Positions 17,218-26,530 of a stretch of 64,000 nucleotides of DNA are shown piece by piece. The notes below the pieces were generated by a model. It made no database searches. It was not told where the DNA came from and was given only the letters and a program-made list of their open reading frames with translations. Every line of letters starts with the position of its first letter. Position 1 is the stretch's first letter. The stretch is taken from NCBI GenBank assembly GCA_964559555.1, contig CAZLHM010000002.1, forward strand, positions 12,238 through 76,237, in the 5' to 3' direction. This DNA is from an uncultured Candidatus Bathyarchaeia archaeon (GTDB lineage Archaea > Thermoproteota > Bathyarchaeia > 40CM-2-53-6). Position numbers and translations under genes: made by a program.

Positions 17218-19503
17218 TTGTCTCGAGTTGAAGCAGTCCAGAAAGTCACAGGTCGACTCACATTCACGGCAGACATGCAACTTTCAGGTATGCTTTATGC
17301 GGCAATTCTTCGAAGCGACAGACCCCACGCGAGAGTTAGGTCGATTGATGCTTCAGACGCTCTCAACCTTACCGGAGTCAAGAACGTAGTTACCTACGAA
17401 GATGCGCCGAACACACGATACAGTCCAATTTTCAACGCGCCATACCCCAAAGCAGACATGGTACCGAGAGACAAGTCGATAATGCGAAGAGAGGTTTGCT
17501 ATGTGGGCGAACCCGTGGCGGCGGTCGCAGCTACAAGCGTGGAGACGGCAGAGGAAGCCGTTAGCAAGATATGCGTCGAGTATGAGGATCTGCCCTACGT
17601 ATTGGATCCTCTTAAGGCCATGGAACCAGGAGCTCCAAAGGTCAGGACTGAACTGCACTACAATGTCGCAGAGGCATGGGGAGCCAAAGACGGAAACCCG
17701 ATGACAATCAGCACCGGGGACATCGAAAAAGGCTTCAAGATGGCCGATGAGGTCTTCGTAGACGAATACCAGACGCAGAGACAGAACCAAGTGCCGTTCG
17801 AACCGCACTGCTGCGTGTCATACTGGGACGAGAAAGGAAAGCTGAACGTGTGGTCTTCAACACAGAGCATTTTCCTTCTTAGAGAGAGGCTCTCAGAAGC
17901 GCTCGCCGTTCCCGTATCGAAGATAAACGTGCACAACTCCTACCTAGGCGGCTCTTTCGGCTCCAAACTGCAGATGAGCGAGGTTGAGCCAATCTGCGCT
18001 CTCCTGTCTAGGAAATCCAAGAAGGCGGTCAAGCTTGTTCTGAAGAGGGACGAGGTATTCGTCACCACGTCCAGACACGATGTCCGCATGACGCTCAGGA
18101 CTGGAGTGAAGAGGGACGGAACCATAACAGGTAGGCACTGCAAGTACGTGCTGAACACTGGCGCATATGCGACTCATGGTCCAAGCGTGGCAATTGTCGG
18201 CGGCCTCTACTTTGACTCAGCCTACAATGCTCCAAACCGTTTGTTCGAGGCCTATGCTGTCTACACCAATACATATTCCCCAGGGGCAATGAGAGGCTAT
18301 GGCGGCATCCAAGCTAGTTTCGGCATCGAGAGTCAGATGGACGATATCGCACATAAGATGGGATTCGACCCGATCGAGTTCAGGTTGAAGAACTCATTCA
18401 AGCTGGGTGACGTGAACCCGCGGACAGGCTACGTGGTGAGATCTTGGGGCCTGGAGGAGGCAGCAAGAAGCGCGGCGAAACGTTTCGGTTGGGACAAGCC
18501 ACCGCAGCAATCCTCTGACCCCAATAGGAGAAGAGGCAGAGGTATGGCCTTCCAAACCATCCGAGGTTCCGGCACAGGCGCCAAGACCACAACCGAACGA
18601 ATAATTGAGCACGGCGGAGCCACAGTCAAGTTCAACGAAGATGGAAGATTCACGGTCGTGACCGCAGCCATCGATATGGGCTGTGGTCAGCACACGGTGT
18701 ACAGGAACATTGCTGCAGACACGCTGGGTGTAGACGCGGACATGATAGATGTCCAGACAGGCGACACTGACACCACCGTATTCGAGGGGCCTATCCATGC
18801 AAGCCGCGGTACATACGTCGTCGGAAGCATAGTGAAAGCCGTCTGTGAGAGGATCAAGGCGCAGGTTCTCGAAGCCGCCTCCACGATGGTTGAAAGGAAC
18901 CCTCAGACCTTGGAGATCTCAGGCAAAGAGATCCGGTCAAGAGAGGATCCCAAGCTGAAGATGACGCTCTCAGAATTGGGTCTCTATGTCAGATTCCACT
19001 TGAACAAGAGCTTGGTCGTGTCCCTAGCGGACGAACCTCCCGACAATCCGCCTCCGTTCGGAGCGCATTTCGCTGAGGTTGAAGTTGATGTTCTTACGGG
19101 GCGAGTGTTTGTGACGAGATATGTGGCGGCACAAGATGTGGGCAAGATCATCTACGGGCCAGGAGCCAAAGGTCAGATTTACGGCGCGATTGCCCAAGGC
19201 ATTGGACTCACTCTCATGGAGGAAGTCAAGTTCGACTCTAGGGGGCAGGTAGTCAATTCGAACTTGACGGACTACAAGATCCCATCCATCGCAGATATGC
19301 CCGAGGCGGAAGCCATACTAGTCGAGACCACTGAACCAAGCGCGGTGGGAGCCAAGAGCGTAAGCGAAGCGTCACTCCATCCAGTTGCTCCAGTGATCGC
19401 CAACGCGCTGAAGGACGCTTTGGGAATAAGATTCAGGTCGCTGCCAATTACGCCAGAGAAGATCTTGAAAGCGATGCATCAAGGCGTGAAGAACTACATT
19501 TGA
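17218..19503 (+). CDS. molybdopterin-binding large subunit, xanthine dehydrogenase/aldehyde oxidase family
   Basis: 761 aa. a/b-hammerhead and MoCo-binding layout. No CODH-type AYRCSFR loop seen. Divergent from the small and medium subunit genes. Confidence 0.8.
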   Translation: MSRVEAVQKVTGRLTFTADMQLSGMLYAAILRSDRPHARVRSIDASDALNLTGVKNVVTYEDAPNTRYSPIFNAPYPKADMVPRDKSIMRREVCYVGEPVAAVAATSVETAEEAVSKICVEYEDLPYVLDPLKAMEPGAPKVRTELHYNVAEAWGAKDGNPMTISTGDIEKGFKMADEVFVDEYQTQRQNQVPFEPHCCVSYWDEKGKLNVWSSTQSIFLLRERLSEALAVPVSKINVHNSYLGGSFGSKLQMSEVEPICALLSRKSKKAVKLVLKRDEVFVTTSRHDVRMTLRTGVKRDGTITGRHCKYVLNTGAYATHGPSVAIVGGLYFDSAYNAPNRLFEAYAVYTNTYSPGAMRGYGGIQASFGIESQMDDIAHKMGFDPIEFRLKNSFKLGDVNPRTGYVVRSWGLEEAARSAAKRFGWDKPPQQSSDPNRRRGRGMAFQTIRGSGTGAKTTTERIIEHGGATVKFNEDGRFTVVTAAIDMGCGQHTVYRNIAADTLGVDADMIDVQTGDTDTTVFEGPIHASRGTYVVGSIVKAVCERIKAQVLEAASTMVERNPQTLEISGKEIRSREDPKLKMTLSELGLYVRFHLNKSLVVSLADEPPDNPPPFGAHFAEVEVDVLTGRVFVTRYVAAQDVGKIIYGPGAKGQIYGAIAQGIGLTLMEEVKFDSRGQVVNSNLTDYKIPSIADMPEAEAILVETTEPSAVGAKSVSEASLHPVAPVIANALKDALGIRFRSLPITPEKILKAMHQGVKNYI

Positions 19504-19681
19504 GCTGAAAAGTGGTGAGATCCCACAGGGCCACCTCTGAACGCATTCTCTGTCGCCAAGAAAGTTCGGACTTTGCAGCTTTTGCATCGTCGCATTGCGC
19601 TTACTACACATGCTTATACCACCGCACGGTCGTCCATCGACATGTCTAACGTAACGTCTCTGAGCAGGATGGACGCAGCGG

Positions 19682-22384
19682 TTGGAGAAGAGCACCGTCA
19701 AACCCGATCAGGTGGGTCTGCGGTTATCATTCAAGTACGGCACCGCACAGTTCCAAGGTATCGAACGTCGTGAGGTAAGAAAGGAACCATTCCCCCGAAC
19801 TCGAAAGATGCGAGACCTCTACTTCGAGACGAAGTCCTCCGCCAGCGTTGAATTCCCTTATTGGTACACGAGACGATGGAACCAACTCGAAGGGGAGATC
19901 CCGATCATACGAAGGGCAGAAGCTCTTCGACACGCCTTCTCGCATCTGACCCCTACGATATTTCCCGGCGAACTCTTGGTCATGGGAAGGACATTGTACC
20001 TGAGGGGATCCTACCCGATGCCATGGGTCTCCCAGAGTTTCATTCTGGAGACCGGGAAACGATACGAGGAAGCGAAGCAACGCGGACTTGCTGGCGAAGA
20101 TGTGGTGAAGGTGGCGAAAGGAGGAGGCAACGTCACCCAAGCCATAGGCAACGTGATCTCAGTTGCGGGAAAATTCGGATTGAGGAAGGAAGAGTACCCC
20201 ATACTCAAAGAGGTTACGACCTCATGGGACGGGAAGTCAGTCGAGGACCTCTCGCTGAAGTACGAAAGGATGGTGCCAAACTACGAGACCAAGGAAGCCA
20301 TCATGCGCAGTCTCGTGTGCATGTATGATTCCGGTTATACTCTACCGCAAGGGAGAGAGGTCATCAGCTACTATCATCCGCTCCAATCAGGCATCGATGG
20401 CATGATCCAGTACTGCCATGGACAGATCGAACGGGTGGCGGGGGATCCTGGTACCGATGGAGTCAACGGCATGGATAGGCTGTACTTCTACAGGGCGGCG
20501 GCTACTGTCCTTGAAGGGATCAAGACATGGGTTCTCAACTACGCGAGTGAGGCAAGGCGACTAGCGAGCACAGAGACGGACCTCGACCAGAAGAACGAGT
20601 ATGAGGAGATCGCAAGTACACTCGAGTGGGTCTCGTCAAAGCAGCCTAGGATTTTCCGTGAGGCCCTCCAGCTTGCCTGGGTCTTCCATCTCGCAGTTCT
20701 CGCGGAAGACAACTTCTCAGGCCTTGCTCCAGGACGGCTGGGGCAGATTCTGTATCCTTGGTGGAAGCAGGACATGGAGAGTGGGTTACTCGACAGAAAA
20801 AAGACTCTGGAACTGCTCGAATGTATTCGAATGAAATTCACTGAGATTGATCTGTTCGGTCCAAAGATGGTGATAGAGGGAATCCAGTCAGGGAGCACAT
20901 TCAACAACGTAAGCCTAGGCGGATTAACGAGAGAAGGCGAGAGTGCAGCAAACGAACTTGAGATGCTTATGATCGAAGCTGGAATGACTTGTGAGACTCC
21001 TCAGCCAACCATGACGATACTCTATGACGAAAGGCTTCCAGAGGAGTATCTGCTCAAGGCTGTCGAGTGCAACAAGACAGGCACTGGGTACCCAGCATGG
21101 GTCAATAACAACGTAGCCATGGAATTCCTCCTCAAGAACTATGGCCCCGAAGGCATGACACTGGACGATGCAAGAGCTGTGGCAATAGGTGGCTGTCTAC
21201 AGACTGCAGCCTGCGCATGGGCTGAGCTCAAGCTGAACGGAAAGAAGTACGTGATCCCACGTGGAGGAGCAGCTCCAGCCACAGACGTAGGAGTCCACTT
21301 TCTCAACCTTCCGAAAGTGCTAGAGCTAGTGCTCTTTGACGGACTGGACCAGAGAACGGGTCAAAGAGTGCTGCCGTCTCACGGATCAAAGCTCGAGACC
21401 TACGGCGAGCTCTGGGAGACCTACAAGAAATACTTCAGAGAGGTCGTAGGCATTCTCATTCGATGCAACAACGTTCAACACGATGTCTGGAGGAAGGTCA
21501 CGCCCTCGGTCGTGAACTCCATGCTGAAGCCCGACTGTCTCGAGAAGGGAATGCAGATCGGAATGATGGGTTCTCGATACAATGCGAACTTCAGCGTCAA
21601 CATCTGTGGTGGCATCAACCTAGTGAATTCTCTCGCATCGCTGAAGTTCAATGTGTACGACAACAAGAAGATCACGCTTGAAGAGCTGAAGGAAGCACTT
21701 CGACACAACTTCGGGTTCAAGAAAGCTGAAGAGGTCGGCTCCTACTCGCTGATGGACCAAGTCAGACTCTCCCACAGTTGGGACAGGGTTCACCACCTGT
21801 GCATGAACGCACCGAAATATGGAAACGATGAGCCATATGCCGATGACATCTTGAGGGAATGGGAGGAATTCTACTGCTCTGTTGTGCGCGAATACAAGTC
21901 ACTATTCGCCAAGCCATTGTACGCGCTTCAGCTATCAGTATCCACTCATGGGCCCATGGGTGCGGTGAACATAGCGACTCCTGATGGGCGTCTGCATGGC
22001 ACTACGTTGGCGGACGCATCGGTTTCCGCCTATCCTGGCACAGACCTGAATGGCCCATATGCCTTGTTCAATTCCGCGACTTGCTTCGATCACTCCAACT
22101 CCCAGTGCACACAGATGAACCTCAAGATACACCCATCAGCGATCAAGGGAAGGGAAGGCAGCAGGAAACTCCTGGAACTGATTCGCTCCTATATGCGGAA
22201 GGGTGGCTTCCACATTCAGTTCAACATAGTCGACTCCAACATGCTAAGAGAGGCTCAAGCGCATCCTGAGAAGTATCGGGACCTGCTCGTCAGAGTTGCA
22301 GGTTTCACTCACTACTGGGTGGAGCTTCCGAAGCCAATACAAGATGAGATCATCGCCAGAACCGAGTACGAGGAGCTGACCTAG
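19682..22384 (+). CDS. glycyl radical enzyme catalytic subunit, HPAD-like architecture (variant Cys loop GCLQ)
   Basis: 900 aa. C-terminal glycyl-radical motif LVRVAGFTHY (RVxG[FY]). Cys loop VAIGGCLQTAAC near residue 505. Followed by a small Cys-rich subunit and an activase. Confidence 0.75.
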   Translation: MEKSTVKPDQVGLRLSFKYGTAQFQGIERREVRKEPFPRTRKMRDLYFETKSSASVEFPYWYTRRWNQLEGEIPIIRRAEALRHAFSHLTPTIFPGELLVMGRTLYLRGSYPMPWVSQSFILETGKRYEEAKQRGLAGEDVVKVAKGGGNVTQAIGNVISVAGKFGLRKEEYPILKEVTTSWDGKSVEDLSLKYERMVPNYETKEAIMRSLVCMYDSGYTLPQGREVISYYHPLQSGIDGMIQYCHGQIERVAGDPGTDGVNGMDRLYFYRAAATVLEGIKTWVLNYASEARRLASTETDLDQKNEYEEIASTLEWVSSKQPRIFREALQLAWVFHLAVLAEDNFSGLAPGRLGQILYPWWKQDMESGLLDRKKTLELLECIRMKFTEIDLFGPKMVIEGIQSGSTFNNVSLGGLTREGESAANELEMLMIEAGMTCETPQPTMTILYDERLPEEYLLKAVECNKTGTGYPAWVNNNVAMEFLLKNYGPEGMTLDDARAVAIGGCLQTAACAWAELKLNGKKYVIPRGGAAPATDVGVHFLNLPKVLELVLFDGLDQRTGQRVLPSHGSKLETYGELWETYKKYFREVVGILIRCNNVQHDVWRKVTPSVVNSMLKPDCLEKGMQIGMMGSRYNANFSVNICGGINLVNSLASLKFNVYDNKKITLEELKEALRHNFGFKKAEEVGSYSLMDQVRLSHSWDRVHHLCMNAPKYGNDEPYADDILREWEEFYCSVVREYKSLFAKPLYALQLSVSTHGPMGAVNIATPDGRLHGTTLADASVSAYPGTDLNGPYALFNSATCFDHSNSQCTQMNLKIHPSAIKGREGSRKLLELIRSYMRKGGFHIQFNIVDSNMLREAQAHPEKYRDLLVRVAGFTHYWVELPKPIQDEIIARTEYEELT

Positions 22385-22669
22385 ATGCTTGCGCAGGTCA
22401 TCGTTAGGCGATGTGCCGACTGCGAGCACTTCATTCCCGTCGACGTTTTCAAGGGACTCTGCCAAGTGTCAAAGAAGACAGTACTGACTGATGATCCGCC
22501 CTGCAAGGACTGCACACCTGCCAAGAAGTGCAAGTTCTGCAAGCACTACTCGCCAAGAGACGAGCATCTCGGCATGTGCAAGGCGAAGGAGATCACCTAC
22601 CCGGAACTAGCGACCAAAACCTGCGAAATGTTCGGGTGGAGTTCTGACCTACCAACCGGCCGGAACTAA
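22385..22669 (+). CDS. Cys-rich small subunit of glycyl radical enzyme (HpdC/BssC-like, putative Fe-S)
   Basis: 94 aa with 9 Cys and 2 His in CxxC-type spacings (CADCEH, CKDCTPAKKCKFCKH). Start codon overlaps the large-subunit stop. Confidence 0.55.
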   Translation: MLAQVIVRRCADCEHFIPVDVFKGLCQVSKKTVLTDDPPCKDCTPAKKCKFCKHYSPRDEHLGMCKAKEITYPELATKTCEMFGWSSDLPTGRN

Positions 22670-22758
22670 CCCATGCCTTGCTATCCGTCTCCTCTTCGAC
22701 AAAGTACGATCGTGTATATCAACACAATTCCATCGCCTGAACGGAGGGCAGACTTCAT

Positions 22759-23730
22759 GTGCAAAGCGTAGCAATGTCGTCGACGCAGAAACCAGAATCC
22801 TTGAAGGGACTGATATTTGACGTGCAGGGCTTCTCGGTTCACGATGGGCCGGGTTGCAGGACTCTAGTTTTCATGAAGGGATGCCCTCTAACCTGCAAAT
22901 GGTGCTGCAACCCCGAGGGCCAAGAACAGAAACTGCAACTGATGTACAGTCAGAGAAGATGCAGAAAGGAGACGTACGGCTGCGTAACGGCCTGTCCCGA
23001 GATGGCGATATCAGTCAATGAGGCTGGCGAATATCCCACCTTTGATCGGTCAAAATGCACGAGATGTCGGCACTTTGGCTGTGCCAATGGCTGCTATAAC
23101 GGAGCGCTCAGGGTAGTCGGGCGCTACGTCACTGTTCAAGAACTGATGAATACTGTTCGACGTGATCGAGCTTATTGGGGTAGCGGAGGTGGGGTGACAT
23201 TGGGCGGAGGGGAACCCCTCGCGCAAGCAGAGTTCACTCTCGCACTTCTGAAAGAGCTTCACGAGGCATACGTTCACACCGCGATTGAAACGTGTGCTCA
23301 GGTTCCTTGGAACAACCTGATGCGAGCGCTCGACTACTTGGACTGGATCTTCGTGGACATAAAACACATGGACACTGACAGGCACAGGCAAGAAACAGGC
23401 GTCGGGAATGAACTGATCTTGGAGAACATCAAGCGTATTTCCTTGTCGGAGAAATCACCGCGAATGATCCCTAGGATGCCCATAGTGCCAGGATTCAACG
23501 ATTCCGACAGCAATGTTCTGGCCACAGCAGCCTTTCTCAACAAGATAGGGAAGAATGAAGTGAACCTTCTCCCGTTCCATCGCCTAGGTGTGTCCAAGTA
23601 CGAGCAGCTTGGTCTGGACTATGCCTATAAGGACACCAACCCACCGACTGCCGAGAAGATCGACCACATCGCAGGGCTCTTCGAGAAGAGGGGTATCAAA
23701 TGCTACGCTGGAAGCGATACCCCGTTCTAG
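22759..23730 (+). CDS. glycyl-radical enzyme activating enzyme (radical SAM, with extra ferredoxin-like clusters)
   Basis: FDVQGFSVHDGPGCRTLVFMKGCPLTCKWCCNPE is the classic GRE-AE N-terminus including CxxxCxxC. Extra Cys cluster CRKETYGCVTACPE...CTRCRHFGCANGC. 323 aa. Confidence 0.85.
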   Translation: MQSVAMSSTQKPESLKGLIFDVQGFSVHDGPGCRTLVFMKGCPLTCKWCCNPEGQEQKLQLMYSQRRCRKETYGCVTACPEMAISVNEAGEYPTFDRSKCTRCRHFGCANGCYNGALRVVGRYVTVQELMNTVRRDRAYWGSGGGVTLGGGEPLAQAEFTLALLKELHEAYVHTAIETCAQVPWNNLMRALDYLDWIFVDIKHMDTDRHRQETGVGNELILENIKRISLSEKSPRMIPRMPIVPGFNDSDSNVLATAAFLNKIGKNEVNLLPFHRLGVSKYEQLGLDYAYKDTNPPTAEKIDHIAGLFEKRGIKCYAGSDTPF

Positions 23731-23749
23731 TAGGCAAATCTGTCATCTT

Positions 23750-24580
23750 CTAGATCGATGAAGATTCTGACCAGAGTTTTTCGAATTCATTGCACAGCGC
23801 TCGGATCAAATCGGCGCTGTTTGACCATAGAGCCACAGATTGGTCGGCATACTTCGGAGGAGGAGCCATCTTGACGATGAGATGCTTCCTGTCAGCGATG
23901 AAGTACCTCAGCATGGTCAGCGTGTTAGAATGATTACGGATCTCTAGGCTCTTAGGTATCTCAGAACGCACACTGATTGGGACTTCGCGAATTTCGGTGA
24001 GTATCTTCACCTCGATTCCACTTTTCTTCGCCTTGTCTCCCATGGCGTCTATAAGGCCGAGGTTACGCGTGAGGAGAAACCCATCGGAAGATGTGACCTG
24101 CAAGATTTCTTTTCTCGATTGGCCGATCAGCCTTTCCTGTTGCCTGTAGACGTGTCTTCCAACAAGCAGCCTCGCAAAGATCTGCTGCTGACCGGTACTT
24201 GCTAGAGGGCGGTCTGCCATCTGCTCCTGATCCTGCACACTCGCGCGAGACGTGTAGCTCCTAATCCGGTCCAGCTGTTCTTCCTGCCTCGCGATGAGTA
24301 TATCCACGGCTTCGTCAAGTACGACAGACTTGACTTTTGTCACGTCTCCGAGAATGAGTTCAATCAGTCCGAAATCCTTCAGATGTTTCACAATCCGGTA
24401 GGCGTTGGCACGATGTATTCCTGATTTCTTGGCGAGATCCGGAATCGTAGAGGGGCCCTCGTGGAGTAGAATCTCATACACACTTCTCTGATTCTTGGTC
24501 AATCCAAGTCTTACTAGGAGCTCTGTAGCGCGAGTGTCATCAGAGCCGAGGTGTCCTAGGGATGGATGCAAGTCTGACAA
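23750..24580 (-). CDS. TrmB-like transcriptional regulator
   Basis: N-terminal wHTH (NQRSVYEILLHEGPSTIPDLAKKSGIHRANAYRIVKHLKDFGLI) plus a C-terminal ligand-binding-like region. Convergent with the GRE operon. Confidence 0.55.
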   Translation of the reverse strand: MSDLHPSLGHLGSDDTRATELLVRLGLTKNQRSVYEILLHEGPSTIPDLAKKSGIHRANAYRIVKHLKDFGLIELILGDVTKVKSVVLDEAVDILIARQEEQLDRIRSYTSRASVQDQEQMADRPLASTGQQQIFARLLVGRHVYRQQERLIGQSRKEILQVTSSDGFLLTRNLGLIDAMGDKAKKSGIEVKILTEIREVPISVRSEIPKSLEIRNHSNTLTMLRYFIADRKHLIVKMAPPPKYADQSVALWSNSADLIRALCNEFEKLWSESSSI

Positions 24581-24688
24581 GATCGAACTCTCATCGCTGA
24601 ATTAAAAGCTATGTCAGGACGAGAACGTTCCGCTTCGATGTTGTCGCCTGCGGGATCGACTCGGACATGAATGGTCTGTTGATCGATA

Positions 24689-25357
24689 TTGAGAATCCGC
24701 CAAGCATCTTTATACATCTTGGAGGCAGTTGCGGCTGTCGTACGAAGAATCGTGTACTACGGGGAGACGTTGTGCGTGAAGCCTAGTGCGAAGAGCAGAT
24801 CCGCCATCGTCGTCATCAACATGCTGAAGGACATGATTGAAAGAGGGAAGCCTTTCCCAATGCCACCGGAATTCAAGCAAACCGTTGTACCCAAGATCGC
24901 TCTACTGATACAAAATGCAAGGAAGGCGGGAATTCCTGTGATCTATGTCTGCGATGCGCATAGAGCAGACGACCCAGAGTTCTCGGACTTCCCCGCAGGA
25001 GCAGAACATTGTGTCAAGGGATCTGGTCGGGAGCAGGTGATCGATGAGGTGAAGCCTCTTTCAGGCGACTATATTGTTGAGAAGAGGCGTTTCAGCGGGT
25101 TCTTTGGAACAGATCTGGATATTCTGCTGTCGGAGCTGGGCGTGGACACACTATTCTTCGCTGGAAGGCCGACCAATGTGTGCGTGTTGTATACGGTTGC
25201 TGATGCATTTCAGAGAGGATACTCGGTAGTCGCCGTTGAGGACTGCCTCTACAGCAGAACGAAAGAGTATCACCAGTCCGGTCTAGATGCGATGATCTTC
25301 GCCCGCAAGACCACGCTTGATGGTTTCCTCAGGGAATACAGAGGTGCTGAAAAATGA
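24689..25357 (+). CDS. isochorismatase-family cysteine hydrolase
   Basis: IVVINMLKD...VIYVCDAH pattern (D...K...C triad context). 222 aa. Confidence 0.65.
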   Translation: MRIRQASLYILEAVAAVVRRIVYYGETLCVKPSAKSRSAIVVINMLKDMIERGKPFPMPPEFKQTVVPKIALLIQNARKAGIPVIYVCDAHRADDPEFSDFPAGAEHCVKGSGREQVIDEVKPLSGDYIVEKRRFSGFFGTDLDILLSELGVDTLFFAGRPTNVCVLYTVADAFQRGYSVVAVEDCLYSRTKEYHQSGLDAMIFARKTTLDGFLREYRGAEK

Positions 25358-25884
25358 GACAGGCTCTGTTGGTCATTGATTTGAACAAGGATCACATTTA
25401 CCGGAACAAGCCCTTCAACGCGGACCGACTAAGGACGAAGATGCCGAACATTGTCAAGGCAATAGAATACGCAAGACATCACGAGATGCCTGTAGTTCAT
25501 GTGACATGTACCCATACGGACAAAGACGCGATATTCTCGACGGGTTGGTGTAGACCTCACGCAATTGAGGGGACTCAGGGCGCGGACATCGTAGACGAGG
25601 TCAAGCCAAAGAGTGAAGACTACGTGGTTCACAAGAGGCGTTTAAGCGGCTTCTATGGAACCGACCTAGACCTCTACCTCAGAGAGCTAGGGATAGAGAG
25701 CGTCATGCTGGTCGGGGGACAGACGCACATGTCCATCCGATACACAGCCGTAGATGCATATCAACTCAGGTATAGACCAGTCATCCTACGAGACTGCGTG
25801 GACAGCTGCTCACAAGAATTCAACGATAGGACTCTGAACGAGTTGTTCTTCTGCAGGATATCAAGCTTGGGCGAAATCACATAA
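25354..25884 (+). CDS. isochorismatase-family cysteine hydrolase (paralog)
   Basis: ALLVIDLNKD...VVHVTCTH pattern. Overlaps the upstream paralog by 4 nt. Confidence 0.65.
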   Translation: MRQALLVIDLNKDHIYRNKPFNADRLRTKMPNIVKAIEYARHHEMPVVHVTCTHTDKDAIFSTGWCRPHAIEGTQGADIVDEVKPKSEDYVVHKRRLSGFYGTDLDLYLRELGIESVMLVGGQTHMSIRYTAVDAYQLRYRPVILRDCVDSCSQEFNDRTLNELFFCRISSLGEIT

Positions 25885-25918
25885 CCCTGAAACGTGGTCT
25901 TGGGAGGCAGACTAAGAC

Positions 25919-26428
25919 TTGACCGACGAACAATCGTCGATATTCGTTGACGGCAGATTCATCGGAGGAAGTTTCAGCGCCACCCGCAGGGTCAGCAACG
26001 CCCCCCATGGAGGCAATAGACTTCACGGACACACGTACGAAATCTCCGTAAGGTTGACACGGAAAAAGGCATCAGAGCAGAAACTGATTTTTCCATTCGA
26101 GGAACTTGCGGCGATTATGAAAAGCGTTTGTGAAGAGCTGAACAACAAGGTGTTGCTCGCCTCAGGAGGCGAGAATGTCTACAAAGAGAACTCCATCACA
26201 ATCGAGTACGTGTCCGCCGACAACAAGAGGTATCTTCTCCCAGTTGAGGACGTTAAACTCCTGCCACTGGAGGAAGTCACCATAGAGGCTCTCGCATTCT
26301 GGATCGGAGCACAGACCGCAACTAGGCTCAAGGAATATCGCGATTTCTCCGGCAACATCGCACAGATGGAGATTACGCTCTACGAGGGTCGGCAAAGAGG
26401 TTGTACAATAGCTGTTCCAATGACATGA
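25919..26428 (+). CDS. 6-pyruvoyl-tetrahydropterin synthase (PTPS/QueD)-like protein
   Basis: The LHGHTYEI motif resembles the PTPS HGHxY zinc-binding signature. Confidence 0.45.
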   Translation: MTDEQSSIFVDGRFIGGSFSATRRVSNAPHGGNRLHGHTYEISVRLTRKKASEQKLIFPFEELAAIMKSVCEELNNKVLLASGGENVYKENSITIEYVSADNKRYLLPVEDVKLLPLEEVTIEALAFWIGAQTATRLKEYRDFSGNIAQMEITLYEGRQRGCTIAVPMT

Positions 26429-26530
26429 AGCGCCTTCTGGGCGAGTTCATGCTTGTTCCCGCGAGGATGCAAGATGTCCCAAGGCACAGCGTAGCAATTG
26501 ATGAATAGAACACACTGACAATCGTCTACG

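Noticed and set aside
17353-18884. Multiple 60-150-aa minus-strand ORFs inside the Mo-hydroxylase large-subunit gene
   Set aside because: Antisense or alternative-frame artefacts of a long GC-balanced gene. Cys/Arg-rich nonsense translations.
19682-19804. The first 41 codons of the GRE ORF as real N-terminus
   Set aside because: Uncertain. An internal Met (MRDLYFETK) at 19805 could be the true start. The longest ORF is kept in the feature table, with this caveat.
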